From positions 11,160,001 to 11,224,000 of the forward strand of contig JBHGNT010000017.1 in NCBI GenBank assembly GCA_043228905.1: a stretch of 64,000 nucleotides of DNA, read 5' to 3'. The notes below the pieces were generated by a model. That model had not been told where the DNA came from. It made no database searches and worked only from the letters and a program-made list of their open reading frames with translations. Position numbers and translations under genes: made by a program. The stretch's first letter is position 1. Each line of letters opens with the position of its first letter. Positions 9,238 to 21,105 of this stretch are shown piece by piece. Source of the stretch: Azolla caroliniana. Its lineage: Eukaryota; Plantae; Polypodiophyta.

Positions 9238-12200
9238 GCCACTGTCTCCGAGACTGGTTCCGTCTCCGGGGTCTTATTACTATGTACAAGTGCTGGTGTG
9301 TCTTTATTCTATACATCTATCGGAGTCACCGGTGCTTGGATCTGTGGTCCGGTTAAGGCCGTTTTGGCCAATTCTTCTGTGGCCAGGTCCAAGTCTTGTT
9401 CTAGGCTCTGGATCCTCGACCGGGCCATCTCTAGTTCTCCGGTTGTGACTAGCAACCGGTCCATCTGCGCTTTCTCTTCCTCCTCTATGTAGTGCACCAC
9501 TCCGGCAATCTGTTCTCCAATCCACCGGAGCCATTGGCTGCAGGTACCCTATTGTTGCGTTTGCACGGAGGGTTGGCTGTTGGTTCCGCTAGCCAGTGGT
9601 CGGTCTTGTCCGGTTGCGTCGAGCTACAACTCTATCTCTGGTTGGTGACCACTTTGCCATTCAGGTTCCGGTTGCACTTTCGTTGGCCGTTCCGCCTCTG
9701 ATTGCGCTTGACTTGCCGGTGCGGGAGGCGACTGTGTTGTCAACTCTGGCTCTTGTTGGTGACCACTTTGCCGTTTTGGTTGCAGCTCCGTTGGCCGCTC
9801 TGCCTCTGAATGCTCTTGGCCTGCTGGTGGGGTCGACAACTGTACTCCGGCGCTTGCATTTCGGGTCTTGTCGTATCCTGACCCACCGGTATGGCTTGTT
9901 GTGCAGGGAGCTCTATGACCAGTTCTGTCTAAACCGGTTCCGGTTCCACCCTTGGTGCAGGGTACTTAGTGCGGGGTAGAGGCATTCCATCCTTCTTTGG
10001 GTCCGAACGCTCCCCAGCCTGTTCTACGGTGCTTGCCTTCTGGCGCCGCTGGAGGTGCTCTAACGGTTCCTCCTCCGCTTCCTCCTCCTGAGTCCCGATG
10101 TTGATTCTTGCTGCCAAGGGGTTCGGCTCTTGTTGAACCGGTCGATGAAATATGATCTTGATTGGCTGTGCCGGTGTCTCCTCCTGCGTTTCTGCCTACT
10201 GCTTCCTATTGGGGCACTCTTTTTCCGCCTTGTTCGTGTCGGCCACCTTCCCTTTGGGTGCCTTAAAGGCCAACAACTGTTGTCGTTTCGAAGCCGTTTT
10301 TGGGGTGTCTTCGATCATTCTACCCCGCTTCGTGGTCTTTGTGGGCTCGATAGGTGGCTCCAATAGGGTGAGCCATTGCGCCACTGCAGTCCATATTTTC
10401 CGACCCTCCTTGCCTCTTACAGAGTCGATGGCCGCATAGAGGCCCTCCGCAATCAGTACCGACCAGTCCACCTTCACGCCTTCATACATTGCTATGATTA
10501 AGCCGGCTCGGTTCTGAGGCATGCACGGGGGTTGAGGGTATACATGTCCTAATTCATGGAGCACACGAGCACATGGGGTTGAGGGTTGTCGATAGTGAAG
10601 ATGCCTCCCTCCGGAAGGCCAATCAAAGCATGGATGGCCTCCTCCGTGATCAGTTTTGTGTCGATTTCTTTTACTATCTTCTCCGCCTCCCGGTGCGGTG
10701 GCGCCTCCATGATCGTGAGGAACCCTTCTAACCCGTGTTGCCTTAGCCACTTCTTGGCTGCTTCAGAGAGTGCTTGGCAGTCCATGGCTTCTTCGAGGTC
10801 GGTGAGCGCTGGTGAGGGATGTGTGTGAGGAGGCTCTATGTGCATGGGCTCGTGTCTGATGATCTTCAATCGCCTATCTACGTTTGTGCTCCTCTGTTCG
10901 CGAAATGTGAAGACCTCTATGCGGTGGGGGTTTTCTTACTGCATGTTGGTGCCTGTTTTTCTTACCCGCATGTGTGCACGTCGTGTACTAGAATAGAATG
11001 ACGTGCCATGTGGCAGCGGTTTAATACCCTATTAATAGCCCCCTACGTACCTTTTCAAAGTGCATGTTCATTCCTTGTTCTTGCATGTGTCCGTTCACAC
11101 CTCGCCCTTGCGTGATTTACTTTGATTTGATTTGATTGGATTTGATTTTTCTTTTTTCTTTTTTCTTTTTCTTTCTTTTTAAGATAAAACTGTTTGGTTA
11201 ATTCGCATCCGGTCCCACCGGACCCTTATCTGAATTTTGGGACTTATCGGCCGTTGGACTGCTTGCCGTTGCGTCGTTCTTGCCGTTTACCGGCTTGTGC
11301 TCCCTCATACCGGCTTCGCGCTTGCCATTTGCTAAACGTGTTGCCGTCTCTTCCGACTTACCGATATCCGGTTTTGTGTCGGCCTTTACTTGTTCAAATG
11401 GGTTTCTTGGCATGGGTCCATTGTATGGTTTGAGTCAAAACCCATTGACCCATTTACCCAGAACCTCGCCGGCGAGTGTCCCTAACTGGCAGGAACCGTT
11501 GAACTCACGCGTGATCCAGTATGGTCCAGTCCACCAAAATCGTAGCTTCCCCGGCATCTTACCCATCCGGGTCTGGAATACTAGTACCAGCTTACTGATT
11601 CCGAACATCTTTTCGTTCCCTTTTCCGTGAGGATCCATGAACGCTTTCCTTCGCCGCTGCTCAAGTTCTAGGTGCATGATGTTGGCTAGACAGTGTTCTT
11701 CCAATTCGCATAGCGCGGCTAACCGGATCGCTTCCGATTCCTTCTCATTTAGGCGTTCCCGAATCTGTATTCGTAAACTCGATACCTGGAACTCGACTGG
11801 CATCACTGCCTCCAATCCAAATGCTAGGTGAAACGGTGTTGTGTGGATACTTGTCTTATATGCCATTCGATAGGCCCAGAGTGCATTGTGTAGCTTTGTA
11901 TCCCAATCCGTTCGATTCTCATTAACGATTTCTCGAAAGATGTTCTGTAGTGTTTTATTTGTTGACTCAGCTAATCCATTGGCTTGCGGATAATAGAGAG
12001 TGCTCCGTTTGTGCACCACCGCATAGAATGTCGTCAAACTTTCCACTACTTGCCCTAAAAAGTACCCACCTTGGTCACTTATTAGCTCTATCGGACCTCC
12101 ATACCGGCACCAGATGTATTCATATAAAAAATTTGCCATGGATGCCGCGGTGTTGTCGCGTAGTGCTTTGGCTTCTACCCATTTTGTGCAATAATCCGTA

Positions 12201-14208
12201 GCGACAATCACGTACCGGTTGCCGGTTCTCATTGCTGGTGGTTTGAATGGACCGACAAAATCCAACCCCCATTTCTGAAATGGTTCTAATGGTAGCATAG
12301 GCTGGTGAGGCATCCTGGCTTGTTCGATTGGTTGGCCCATTCGCTGACATAGATCGCATTCTTTAGCCTCCCGGATTACATCCTTCAATGTTGTTGGCCA
12401 CCATAGTCCACTCTACCATATTTTCCTTGCCGTAGCGTCTCCGGCATAATGTCCTCCAGCCACTCCGCAGTGTGCTTCACGCAATATTATGTCCTTTTCA
12501 TCACTGCGCATTGTACGCCGCTATATGCCATCTGCGCCTTTGTGGTATAGTGTGTCCTGTAATAGACAAAAGTGTCGGCTTTGAACCGCTAAGCGTTTCC
12601 TCTCGTCTTTGTTCATCTCCTCCGGAGGTAAGCCGGTGCTCAGAAATTGGTGCATGTTGGTGAGCCACTTGTCTTCCTCTGCGACCATACCATCTGTTAT
12701 CGTTTTTGTTGTGACTCTAAACAACTCTGCATCCGGGAAATCGTTTGGGACGCCGTCACCGGTATCACCGGAATCTAACCGGCTCAAATAGTCTGCTACC
12801 ACATGTTGTATGTCGGGTCGGTGGAATATCTCGAACTCAAATTCTTGTAATAGTAACGTCCACCGGGCCAGCTTACCGGTGAGTGATGCTTTGGACACCA
12901 AGTAGAAGAGCAAGGAATGATCTACGTGAAAGGAAAATTTCCTTCCCAATAGATAGTGTCTAAACTTGGTGACATTGTAGATCATGCCCAAGGTCTCTCT
13001 TTCCGTTGTGGAATAATTACGTTCTGCTTGGGACAGCTTCCGGCTGGCATAATACACTGGCCGATACCACTTCAGTTATGTAAGTTGCATAAGCGCGCTC
13101 CCCATTGCGATGTCAGACGCGTCAACGAACACATGCAACTCTTTAGACCAATCTGGAGGTTGCACCACCGACGCTTGTGACAATAGTACTTTTAGTGCCC
13201 GATAAGCCTTGTCTTCTGTGTCCGTCCATTGGAACGGTGTATGATGTACCGCAGCCAGGTCTGCCAAATACCGGAGCATTCGGCTATGCCACCGAATTTG
13301 TCCTAAGAACCAACTTAATGCCTTTGCCGTGGTTGGTGCATGTGCCTCCAAAATAGCTTTGACCTTGTCCGGATCCACTGCAATACCGTCCTTGCTCACG
13401 ATATGCCCAAATAACACACCGCTGGACACTCCGAACACACATTTTGTCGGGTTAAGGCTTAGCCAGTAAACCCTACATTTCTCTAGACATAGTCGAAGGT
13501 GCTAATGGTGATCCCCTTCCCGGCTATAAACAGTGAAGTCGTCCAGGAACACCTGCATGAATGCCGGAATGAATTCTCCGAAAATCTCCATGAGGATCCA
13601 TTGGAAGGTTTTCGGTGCCGTTTTCAGTCCGAACATCATAACTACGGCAACAAAGACTCCCCATTCGGTGACAAAAGCAGTTTTCTCCTAGTCGTCGGGG
13701 TGCATCCGGATCTAATTATAGCCGTTGAAACCGTCCAGAAAACTGTACACCTCATGACCGGCGACCGCATCCAGGACTCCATCCGTGAATGGAAGTGGAA
13801 TGGAAGTGGAATGGAAGTGGAAAGACGTATGTTACCGTAGCCACATTCAATTTCCGGTAGTCGATGCAAACTCTTATCTTACCATTCTTTTTCGGTACTA
13901 CGACTATCGGACTCAGCCATGTGGCTTTCTTTACCGGTCCGATGAAACCAACCCTTAGCAACTTGTTGATTTCTTCTTTGACTTTTGTTGCGTAATTCAA
14001 GTTCATCCGGTAACGCCATTGCGCTACCGGTTTGGCGTCTTTACTTAGATGTATCTGGTGCTGATACAACTAAGGATCGAGTCCCTGCATGTCCTCATAG
14101 GACCAGGCAAACACATCGCTAAATTCTTTTAGAAGTGTGATCATTGCCATTTTGTTCTCTGGGGTCATTTCCTTGGCGATGTGAACCGGTCTTGCGTCCT
14201 CTGTGGTC

Positions 14209-16783
14209 CAGAATACCTTCAGATGCCGGTAGGACACTTCCTTACCAATCTAAACTCTCTGTGGCGTGTCTCCGTCCAAGGGTACTAAGGGTGATCTGTT
14301 TATCACATATGTCGCCGTCGATAGTGCCTCAGCCCAAAACTTCTTGGGTAGTTTTGCATGCGCCAGCATACTCCAGACCCTCTCCATTATGGTTCGGTTC
14401 ATCCTCTCAGCCAGCCCGTTTAGTTCCGGCGTCTTCGGCACGATAAATTTGAGCCGGATTCCCTTCGAGCAACAGTACTCCTCGAACTGCCCCCGGTATT
14501 CCCCTCCGTTATCTGCTCGAACCGCCTTCAGCTTCCGGTTGGTTTCTCTTTCCACTCTCACGTGCAGCTCTTTGAAGACGGATAACACCTAATCCTTCAT
14601 CTTCAACGGTGTGGCCCACAGCTTCCGGCTGTGGTCATCTATGAACATCATGAAGTACTGCGATCCTGCATGTGACTTCGTGTCCACTTGACACACATCC
14701 GTGTGCACCAACTCCAGTGGCGCATTACATCTCATCGGTGGCCTCGATCGGAAGGAGGTCCGGTTTTGTTTACCGGCCAGACAATCAGTGGACTTCTCCA
14801 AGTCCGCGTTCTTCACTGGAATGAGGTTGTCGTCTACAAGCCTCTTCATCCCCTTCTCGCTCATGTGACACAGCCTCTTGTGCCACAGCTCACCGGCAGT
14901 GTTGGATGCCACGTTCACTTCCTCCGGACATAACCGGGCATTCATCAGGTACAGGGTGTTGACCTTCCGGGCCCGAGCCACAATCAGGCTCCCTTTGCTG
15001 AACTTCATAACACCGTTCCAGATGCTACCCGTGTAGCCTTCATCATCTAGCCGACCGGTTGATATCAGGTTCAGACGAACCTCCGGAACGTGTCGGACAT
15101 CCTTCAACAACAGCTTGCATCTGGTTGGCGTTGTCAACCACACATCTCCTATGCCGACAATTCGGCATGTACCTTCATTCCCCATCCAAGTCGTCTCGTC
15201 GCCGGCAAGGTTTAACTCACTCTCCTCAGTGATGAGCATCAACTCTTCTTCACTTGCCGCGATTGCCGTCGTTCCCTTCCGGTCCGGCCCCCTCCGGTCT
15301 TTACCGTTCCGGTCCGGTGTCCGCTTCGAATCGGTACCGTCGGTTTCCTTGTCTTTTCGGAAGTGCCGATAGTTCTTCTGGAAGTGTCTCGGCTTGCCGC
15401 AATAGAAGCAAGTAGGCCTCCCCCTTGACTTTGACCGGGTCCGCGACTTTTCCCGGTTCTGGGGACTACGGTTCCTTTGTCTTCCGCGTTCCGATTCGGT
15501 AAGGAGTGCTTTGGAGTCGGAGCTCGTATCCTTATCTTTCCGACGCGCCTCCTCATCTAGCAAGCTTGACTTTACTCTTGCAAGGGATAACTGTTTCCCT
15601 TTCGGCCCGGCGTTGCCCAAAGTGACAACCAACATCTCCCAACTATCGGGGAGGGAACCGAACAGGAGTAGCGCTAGTACCTCGTCGACGAGAGGTACTT
15701 CCAATGACGTTGCCTGGTGTATCAGCCCCTAGAACGCATTCATGTGCTCCGCCATGCTGGAGCCATCTTGGTACCGGAGTCTTACTAGGTTCTGGAATAC
15801 CGAAACCTGGTTAACATCATTTTTGTTCTGAAACATAATGTCAATCTTCTCCCAAAGCTCATGAGCCTTGCTCTCTTCATTGAAGTTGTTGTATAGGCTC
15901 ATGTCGTTGAAGCACCGTATGTACGCCGTTGTCTTCATGTGCATCACCTCCCATATCGTGGCGTCGATTTTGTCTGATCTCTTGTCCCCGAACTGAACCG
16001 GCAACCAAAGATCTTTAACCACGAGCATGTCCCTCATCTTCGACTTCCACACTGAATAGTTGGAGCCGGTGAGCTTGAACATGCCTCCCAACGATTCGTC
16101 CATCTTCTGTGTCGTTTCGCTCTGATACCACTTTGACAGGAACTACACGCTCCGATGAACAACGCTCGGCCACAACCGAGTCTAAAATCAAACACCGAAA
16201 ACGGATGATGAACGCACGACACAAAGGAGAGAAGAGTACACAAGATGTTTAACGTGGAAAACCCTGAGAGGGAAAAACACGGGAGTTCACAAACTCCAAA
16301 CTATCACTATATCACGATGATTACAATCAGTGAGCTGACGAAGGCAATGACCTTGTGCTCACGATCTTCGCCACAGGCGGCGGTTACAATAGAGGCAACG
16401 ACCTCTTCCTCTCTCTCTCTCTCTCTCTCTGTACACTGTTATGCGCTCTCTGATCTAGCGCCAACAAGAATGACAACTATTCTCTAAGTTTGCCCTAAGT
16501 CATATTTATACTAATATGACTTTTCGGCTATTTACAAATATAGGCCCGATGGACTCTCAAAAAACATATTTACGAATATGTCCCTCCATCCGGTGAGCAC
16601 TCCTCACCGGGCCTGCATCATCCGACGCTTGCCGAGTACTCGTCATCAGGTTCTCACCGGGTGTTCCGTAGTCGGGTACTTGTCATCCGGTTCTCACCGG
16701 GTCTTCATCATCCAGCTCTTGCCGGGTACTCGTCATCCTGTTCTCACCGGGTCATCCCATCTGGAGGGACCTGTTTCCTAACA
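14209..16783 (-). mobile_element. 3'-truncated Ty1/copia (Tto1/Tork-like) nested in A
   Basis: 5' LTR 16134-16783 (TGACAGG...CCTAACA). PBS TGGTATCAGAGC (tRNA-iMet) 16119-16130. gag KLTGSNYSVWKSKM, CCHC, GAG-pre-integrase LWHKRLCH, INT RADNGGEY. No RT/RH or 3' LTR. Confidence 0.9.
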
Positions 16784-19700
16784 TATTCTTCCTCCAGTTT
16801 TGGTTGATGTGTGTTGTTTTTAACCAAGGGCGTGCCAACAATAGTGGGTAAGCTCCCTGAGCCTATAGCTGGAAAACTACTGCCGAAATGCGAAATGTGT
16901 GACCCCCGATGGTCACTTCCAAATCCCGTATTAATCCGGTTGGTCGTACTCAGCTTGTGTTTGCCATTCGAAGCCAAAACGGGCATGGTTCCCAGTCATG
17001 GATTCCTAGAGTGTTACATGTTTGGAGGTTGATCACGTTCACGCCGGATCCTCTATCGATAATCGTGCCGGGTAGCTCTTTTCCTTTCACGATGGTTGTG
17101 ATTGCCGGACTGCTCGTGTCTACTACCGTCGGTCCTTCCTCCGGATTTGAAAAGAAAGTCGGGGTCGGTGGTGTGTTGGTTATCGTCCTTCCTGTCTTCA
17201 GTCCTTCCGTGAAGCGTGGTACCAGTTGCAATAGCCGCCCTAACGGCAGCGTTATTTAGCATTCTTTTAACACTTGCCATGTTGGGTTTTCGGGCTACCC
17301 TAAGCTAGTAACCTCTTCGGCATTCTCCTTTTGTTGTTCGAGCTATGCCGCATTCCGCTCGTTTGCCTTCTTTACCCATTCGGTTGCTTGCTTCCGGATA
17401 GCTTCTTGAATTTCCCATTCCGTGGTTTTGCCTTTTGATCTTGTAGTGACTTGTTGTAAGTCCACGACTTCCATGTCTACCATGTTCACCATTGGTCGCT
17501 TGTCATAGCTCTTCGCCGGACATTGGTTACTATAGTGGCCTTCTTGCCAACAATAATAGCAGTACGCCTTCCGGATGTTACTGGATTCGGCATTTGTGCC
17601 CGCACCTGGTTGAGGTCCTGTGGTAAGTGCTTGGTTTTGGTTCGGTTGGCTGTTTGGAGCGCCCTTTTCCGGTTCCCGTGGATGACCCCCCTTTTTTTGA
17701 AATGACGTTTCTTGTTGAAATTCTTTTTGTTTCGGTAACCTTGATGGGGCTGATCGTCATACTTGCCATAGTCGTCCCGTCGTTGGTTGTAAAAAGGGGA
17801 CTGATCCCGGTTGTATCTCTCGTACCGCCCATTATAGTCCCAGTATCTATCCTGTCTATCATACCGGTCATAAGCGTCTCTTCGATTGTTGTGCCGAACA
17901 TCTTGTGTCGGCCGGCAGCACTCCTCTCGCCGCCAGCGTTCTTCTTCTTCCTCCCGGTTGCTTTGTGGTTCAATTTGCCGGACCAGTGATGCTTGCGGAT
18001 TTAACAAGTTATACTCGCATCGTTCCATTGTGTGACTTCTCGAGTGGACGAGCAAGCCTTGGGAATGCATGGTGCATTCCAACGCCGAATGTCCGGCATT
18101 CAGGCATGTCGTACATTGAATTGCTTGTCGGAAGCGGAGGTCCTCATCTGTCAGTAGTGCACGCTGAAGTGCGCCCATGGTTAGCCATGAACTTGATTTT
18201 TCCATTTCCCGAACGCGGTCGATCACTTGATCTATGCTGCTGGTGCGGAAATCAATGAGGGTGCACACCATTCGTAAGGGTTCCCAGAGTGCTGCTAAGA
18301 ATATGGTCTTTGTTTCTTCCTCCGGTGGTGCCCGACTGAGCTGACTGTGGATCCGCTGGAACCGGATGACAAACTGTTGAATGTTCTTCGTTGGTTCCTG
18401 TCGGATAATGTAAAATAGGCCTACCATTTCCCGTTGGTTCAGCTCCTTATGAAAGAAATGCAAGAATTTGGTCTTTAATAATTCAAACGTGGGGATGGTT
18501 CTGGGATCTTGTGTTCGGTGCCATCTGGCGGCCGGTCCCTCCAGGGTCATGCCGAACTCAGCCATTTTTGAGCGTTCCTCTTCGTCCGCATTTAAGCATT
18601 GGGACACATGGTTTGCCTCCCAGGTCTGCTGAAATGCATGGACGTGGGCTTCCGCGTCCGAATCATCCCGGTATCTGGGATATTGGAACGGCATATCGTC
18701 GTCTCATGTCGGTACACGGGCTGGTGGTGTCGGTGTTCTTTCCTCCTCCTCTATCGGCGTCGGAGGTCTTGCCCGCTCCTCTGTCAGCGTCGTAGGTCTT
18801 TCTTGTTCCTCTTTCGGTGTTGGAGGCCTCTCCTCCTCGACTTCCGGTGTCGAAGGTCTCTCTTCCTCGACTTCTGGTTCCGGAGTGTGCTCGATTTCCG
18901 GTGCCGGAGGTTCCAGCCTTGTCAATTCTGGTTCTGGTGTCCGCAAGGTATATGACTCCTCGTCCTCCGGTCCATTTGGGGTGTCGTTACTGTTGCGGTA
19001 GTTCGTCTGCGCGTTGTATTCCCCTTCCGAATCCGATTCAAAAGCTGAAAATGCTTCGGATTCGCCTTCGCCCGCTGCCAATGCCTGGAGAAGGGATTCC
19101 GCTTCCCGAAGGCTGCTTAGGCTACTTCCTTCGTCCGGGTAGTCGTTTTGTTGTGAATGAAGTGACTCCTTGGCCACTCTCCGGATCACCTTGGAAAATG
19201 AGTGATCCGCTCTGATTTCTTCTGTCGCTTGCTGGAAAGCCTCTCTCTTCCTCAGCCGTTCAGCAAGTCTCCTTGCTCGCTCGGTAACCGGGTCGTTCGT
19301 TGGTCTAGTCATCCATTCCCGCCGCTATTCGTTGCGATTGTGCAGGAATCGTGGTCGCCAAAAACTGTGTTATTCCTTAGGGCCGGACAATGGCCTAACA
19401 CAGGGTGTCTACGGAAGACACTTCACCAAAGAGGTGCTACGGCGAGATAACTTAAGACACAATGATTAAGCGGACTTAATTGGTTACTTAGCAATATGGC
19501 ATTAGACTTGATACACGCGTATGATAGAACAATTAGTACAAAACGGTAATCAACACTTAAAGATAAAACAAGAAGCTCTATTAACTATCCGTCAAAGTTT
19601 TACAGTGTAACCGGGCCTTTATATAGGTCACCGGTGCTGAGTACAAAACGGTGCCAACCGGCACCTATTCGGAACTGGTCCGGATCCAGATCGGCATACC

Positions 19701-21105
19701 GATTCCGGTCCGTCTGTTCACGTCTCATAAACTACTTAATTATAATAGATTCCCAATAAACAACCCGTTTCACATTCTGGTCTTTAACTCCTTTGCCGTC
19801 CGGGTAACATTTTTTACCAAGGGAACAAGTGGACCCCATGGAGATTTACTATAACGTATATAACCCATTTGTAAATAGTCCTTGAGTTGCATAGATACCT
19901 CATCCTCTTTGGATCGACTTAAGCGATAAGGAGGTATACTTATTGGTGCAACACCATGTACAATATCTATACGATGGTCTATATTACGTTTAGGAGGTAA
20001 TCCATGTGGTAGTTCACTCGGAAAAACATCATGAAAATCATGTAAGATGAACATCGAGTTGTTGTTGTTCAAAATATGATAATTGAACCGAGACATTATT
20101 GATATTGTAAATGTGAATGTCTAGATCAAGTACACAATAAAATAAAGTAGAACAAGACAACTCGGATATTGATGGAGAGGAAACAATCGAAAGAGATTGT
20201 TTTTTAACACGTTGAATAAAATGAGTACAATCGTTCAGTACAAAAGTAATTGAATGATGAACCTAATCAATAGATAAAGAAGAGTTTTTATTAAAAAACC
20301 AGGGATAACCCAGTATTACATTAGTGGTACAAAGATTCATTACATGGAAGTCTACTTCCTCTATATAAGTATCAATAGAAATTCCTAATGAATGAATCGC
20401 CCCGTTGATGTATTGTACTCTTCCATCAGCCAAGTTCACCCTATACATGTGATCACTTACGGTGGGTTGGATTCCCTATATCTAAGCCAAATGATCATTC
20501 ACAAAATTGTGTGAGTTTCTCGAATGAATTAAAAATTGTATGAGAGATCCATTGATATACCCGTTTGCACGTAGTAAATCATTGGGTCCCAATACATATT
20601 GAAGGAAAGAACATTGACAATTACTTAAACGATGTGTATAGACCTCAAGGACATTAGGAATCTGACCTTTATGGTATGCAACTTTTGCTTTGTTGTCGTG
20701 CTCTTTTCGTTGGAGCTTTCGACATTGTTCTTTTGTATGACCCTTCTTTTTGCAGAATACGCAAAAAGGATGATGTCGCTTACAATCGTGATCCATGAAT
20801 TCATTGGGTGCCTTGCGTTTCCCAACGAATTGCGGCTGCTTAGTCCCGGGCGTTTCGTTGGGTTTGTTATGGTCCTTCGAAGTGCGTTGATAGTGAACAA
20901 CTATTTCAACGGCCTCTTCGAAGGATTTTGGATCCTTATCGTGCACACTATCCAGTGATAGTCCGAATTGGGGATACCATTGACAAAACAAGCTATTAAC
21001 CAGTTGCCCCCTACTAGACCCGATTTTTGGATTTGGGTTTTAGCATGGTGAACATAGTCTTCTAGTGAGGAAAACTTCATGCTAGAGAGGTTCATTAAAG
21101 CTTGT

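Larger units (their letters stand above)
6450..10869 (-). pseudogene. Extra ORF of element A between INT and the 3' LTR: env-like/ORF3-type domain, long coiled coil, polyQ tail; disrupted and split by C
   Basis: ORF pieces 10549-10869, 10196-10750 (GVKVDWSVLIAEGL), 9929-10117, 9309-9500, 7620-7862, 7392-7586, 6990-7295. Colinear with the same ORF in D (27505-29590). Confidence 0.75.
2435..19809 (-). mobile_element. Element A: full-length non-chromoviral Ty3/gypsy LTR retrotransposon with three nested insertions
   Basis: LTRs TGTTATTCC...GGGTAACA at 2435-6396 (interrupted by B) and 19368-19809. TSD TTTTT. PBS TGGCGACCAC (19351-19360, minus), consistent with tRNA-Arg. gag (17486-19312), PR (IIDRGSGVNVI), RT, RH (ERNYSTTERE), INT (WGLDFVGP, YYPQANGLAES). 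No chromodomain seen. Confidence 0.93.
269..21105 (-). mobile_element. H1: degraded chromovirus-type Ty3/gypsy (gag-PR-RT-RH-INT), split by element A; occupies 269-2434 and 19810-21105
   Basis: ORF fragments: INT HPQSDGQTER (430-639), RH ETNASDYAIG/EKELFAI (1328-1849), RT FLDDILVY (1904-2206), CCHC gag CVFCKKKGHTKEQC (20482-20991). Removing A and one TTTTT copy restores VPLVKKKEGT*RMYINYR. Many stops and frameshifts. Confidence 0.9.
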
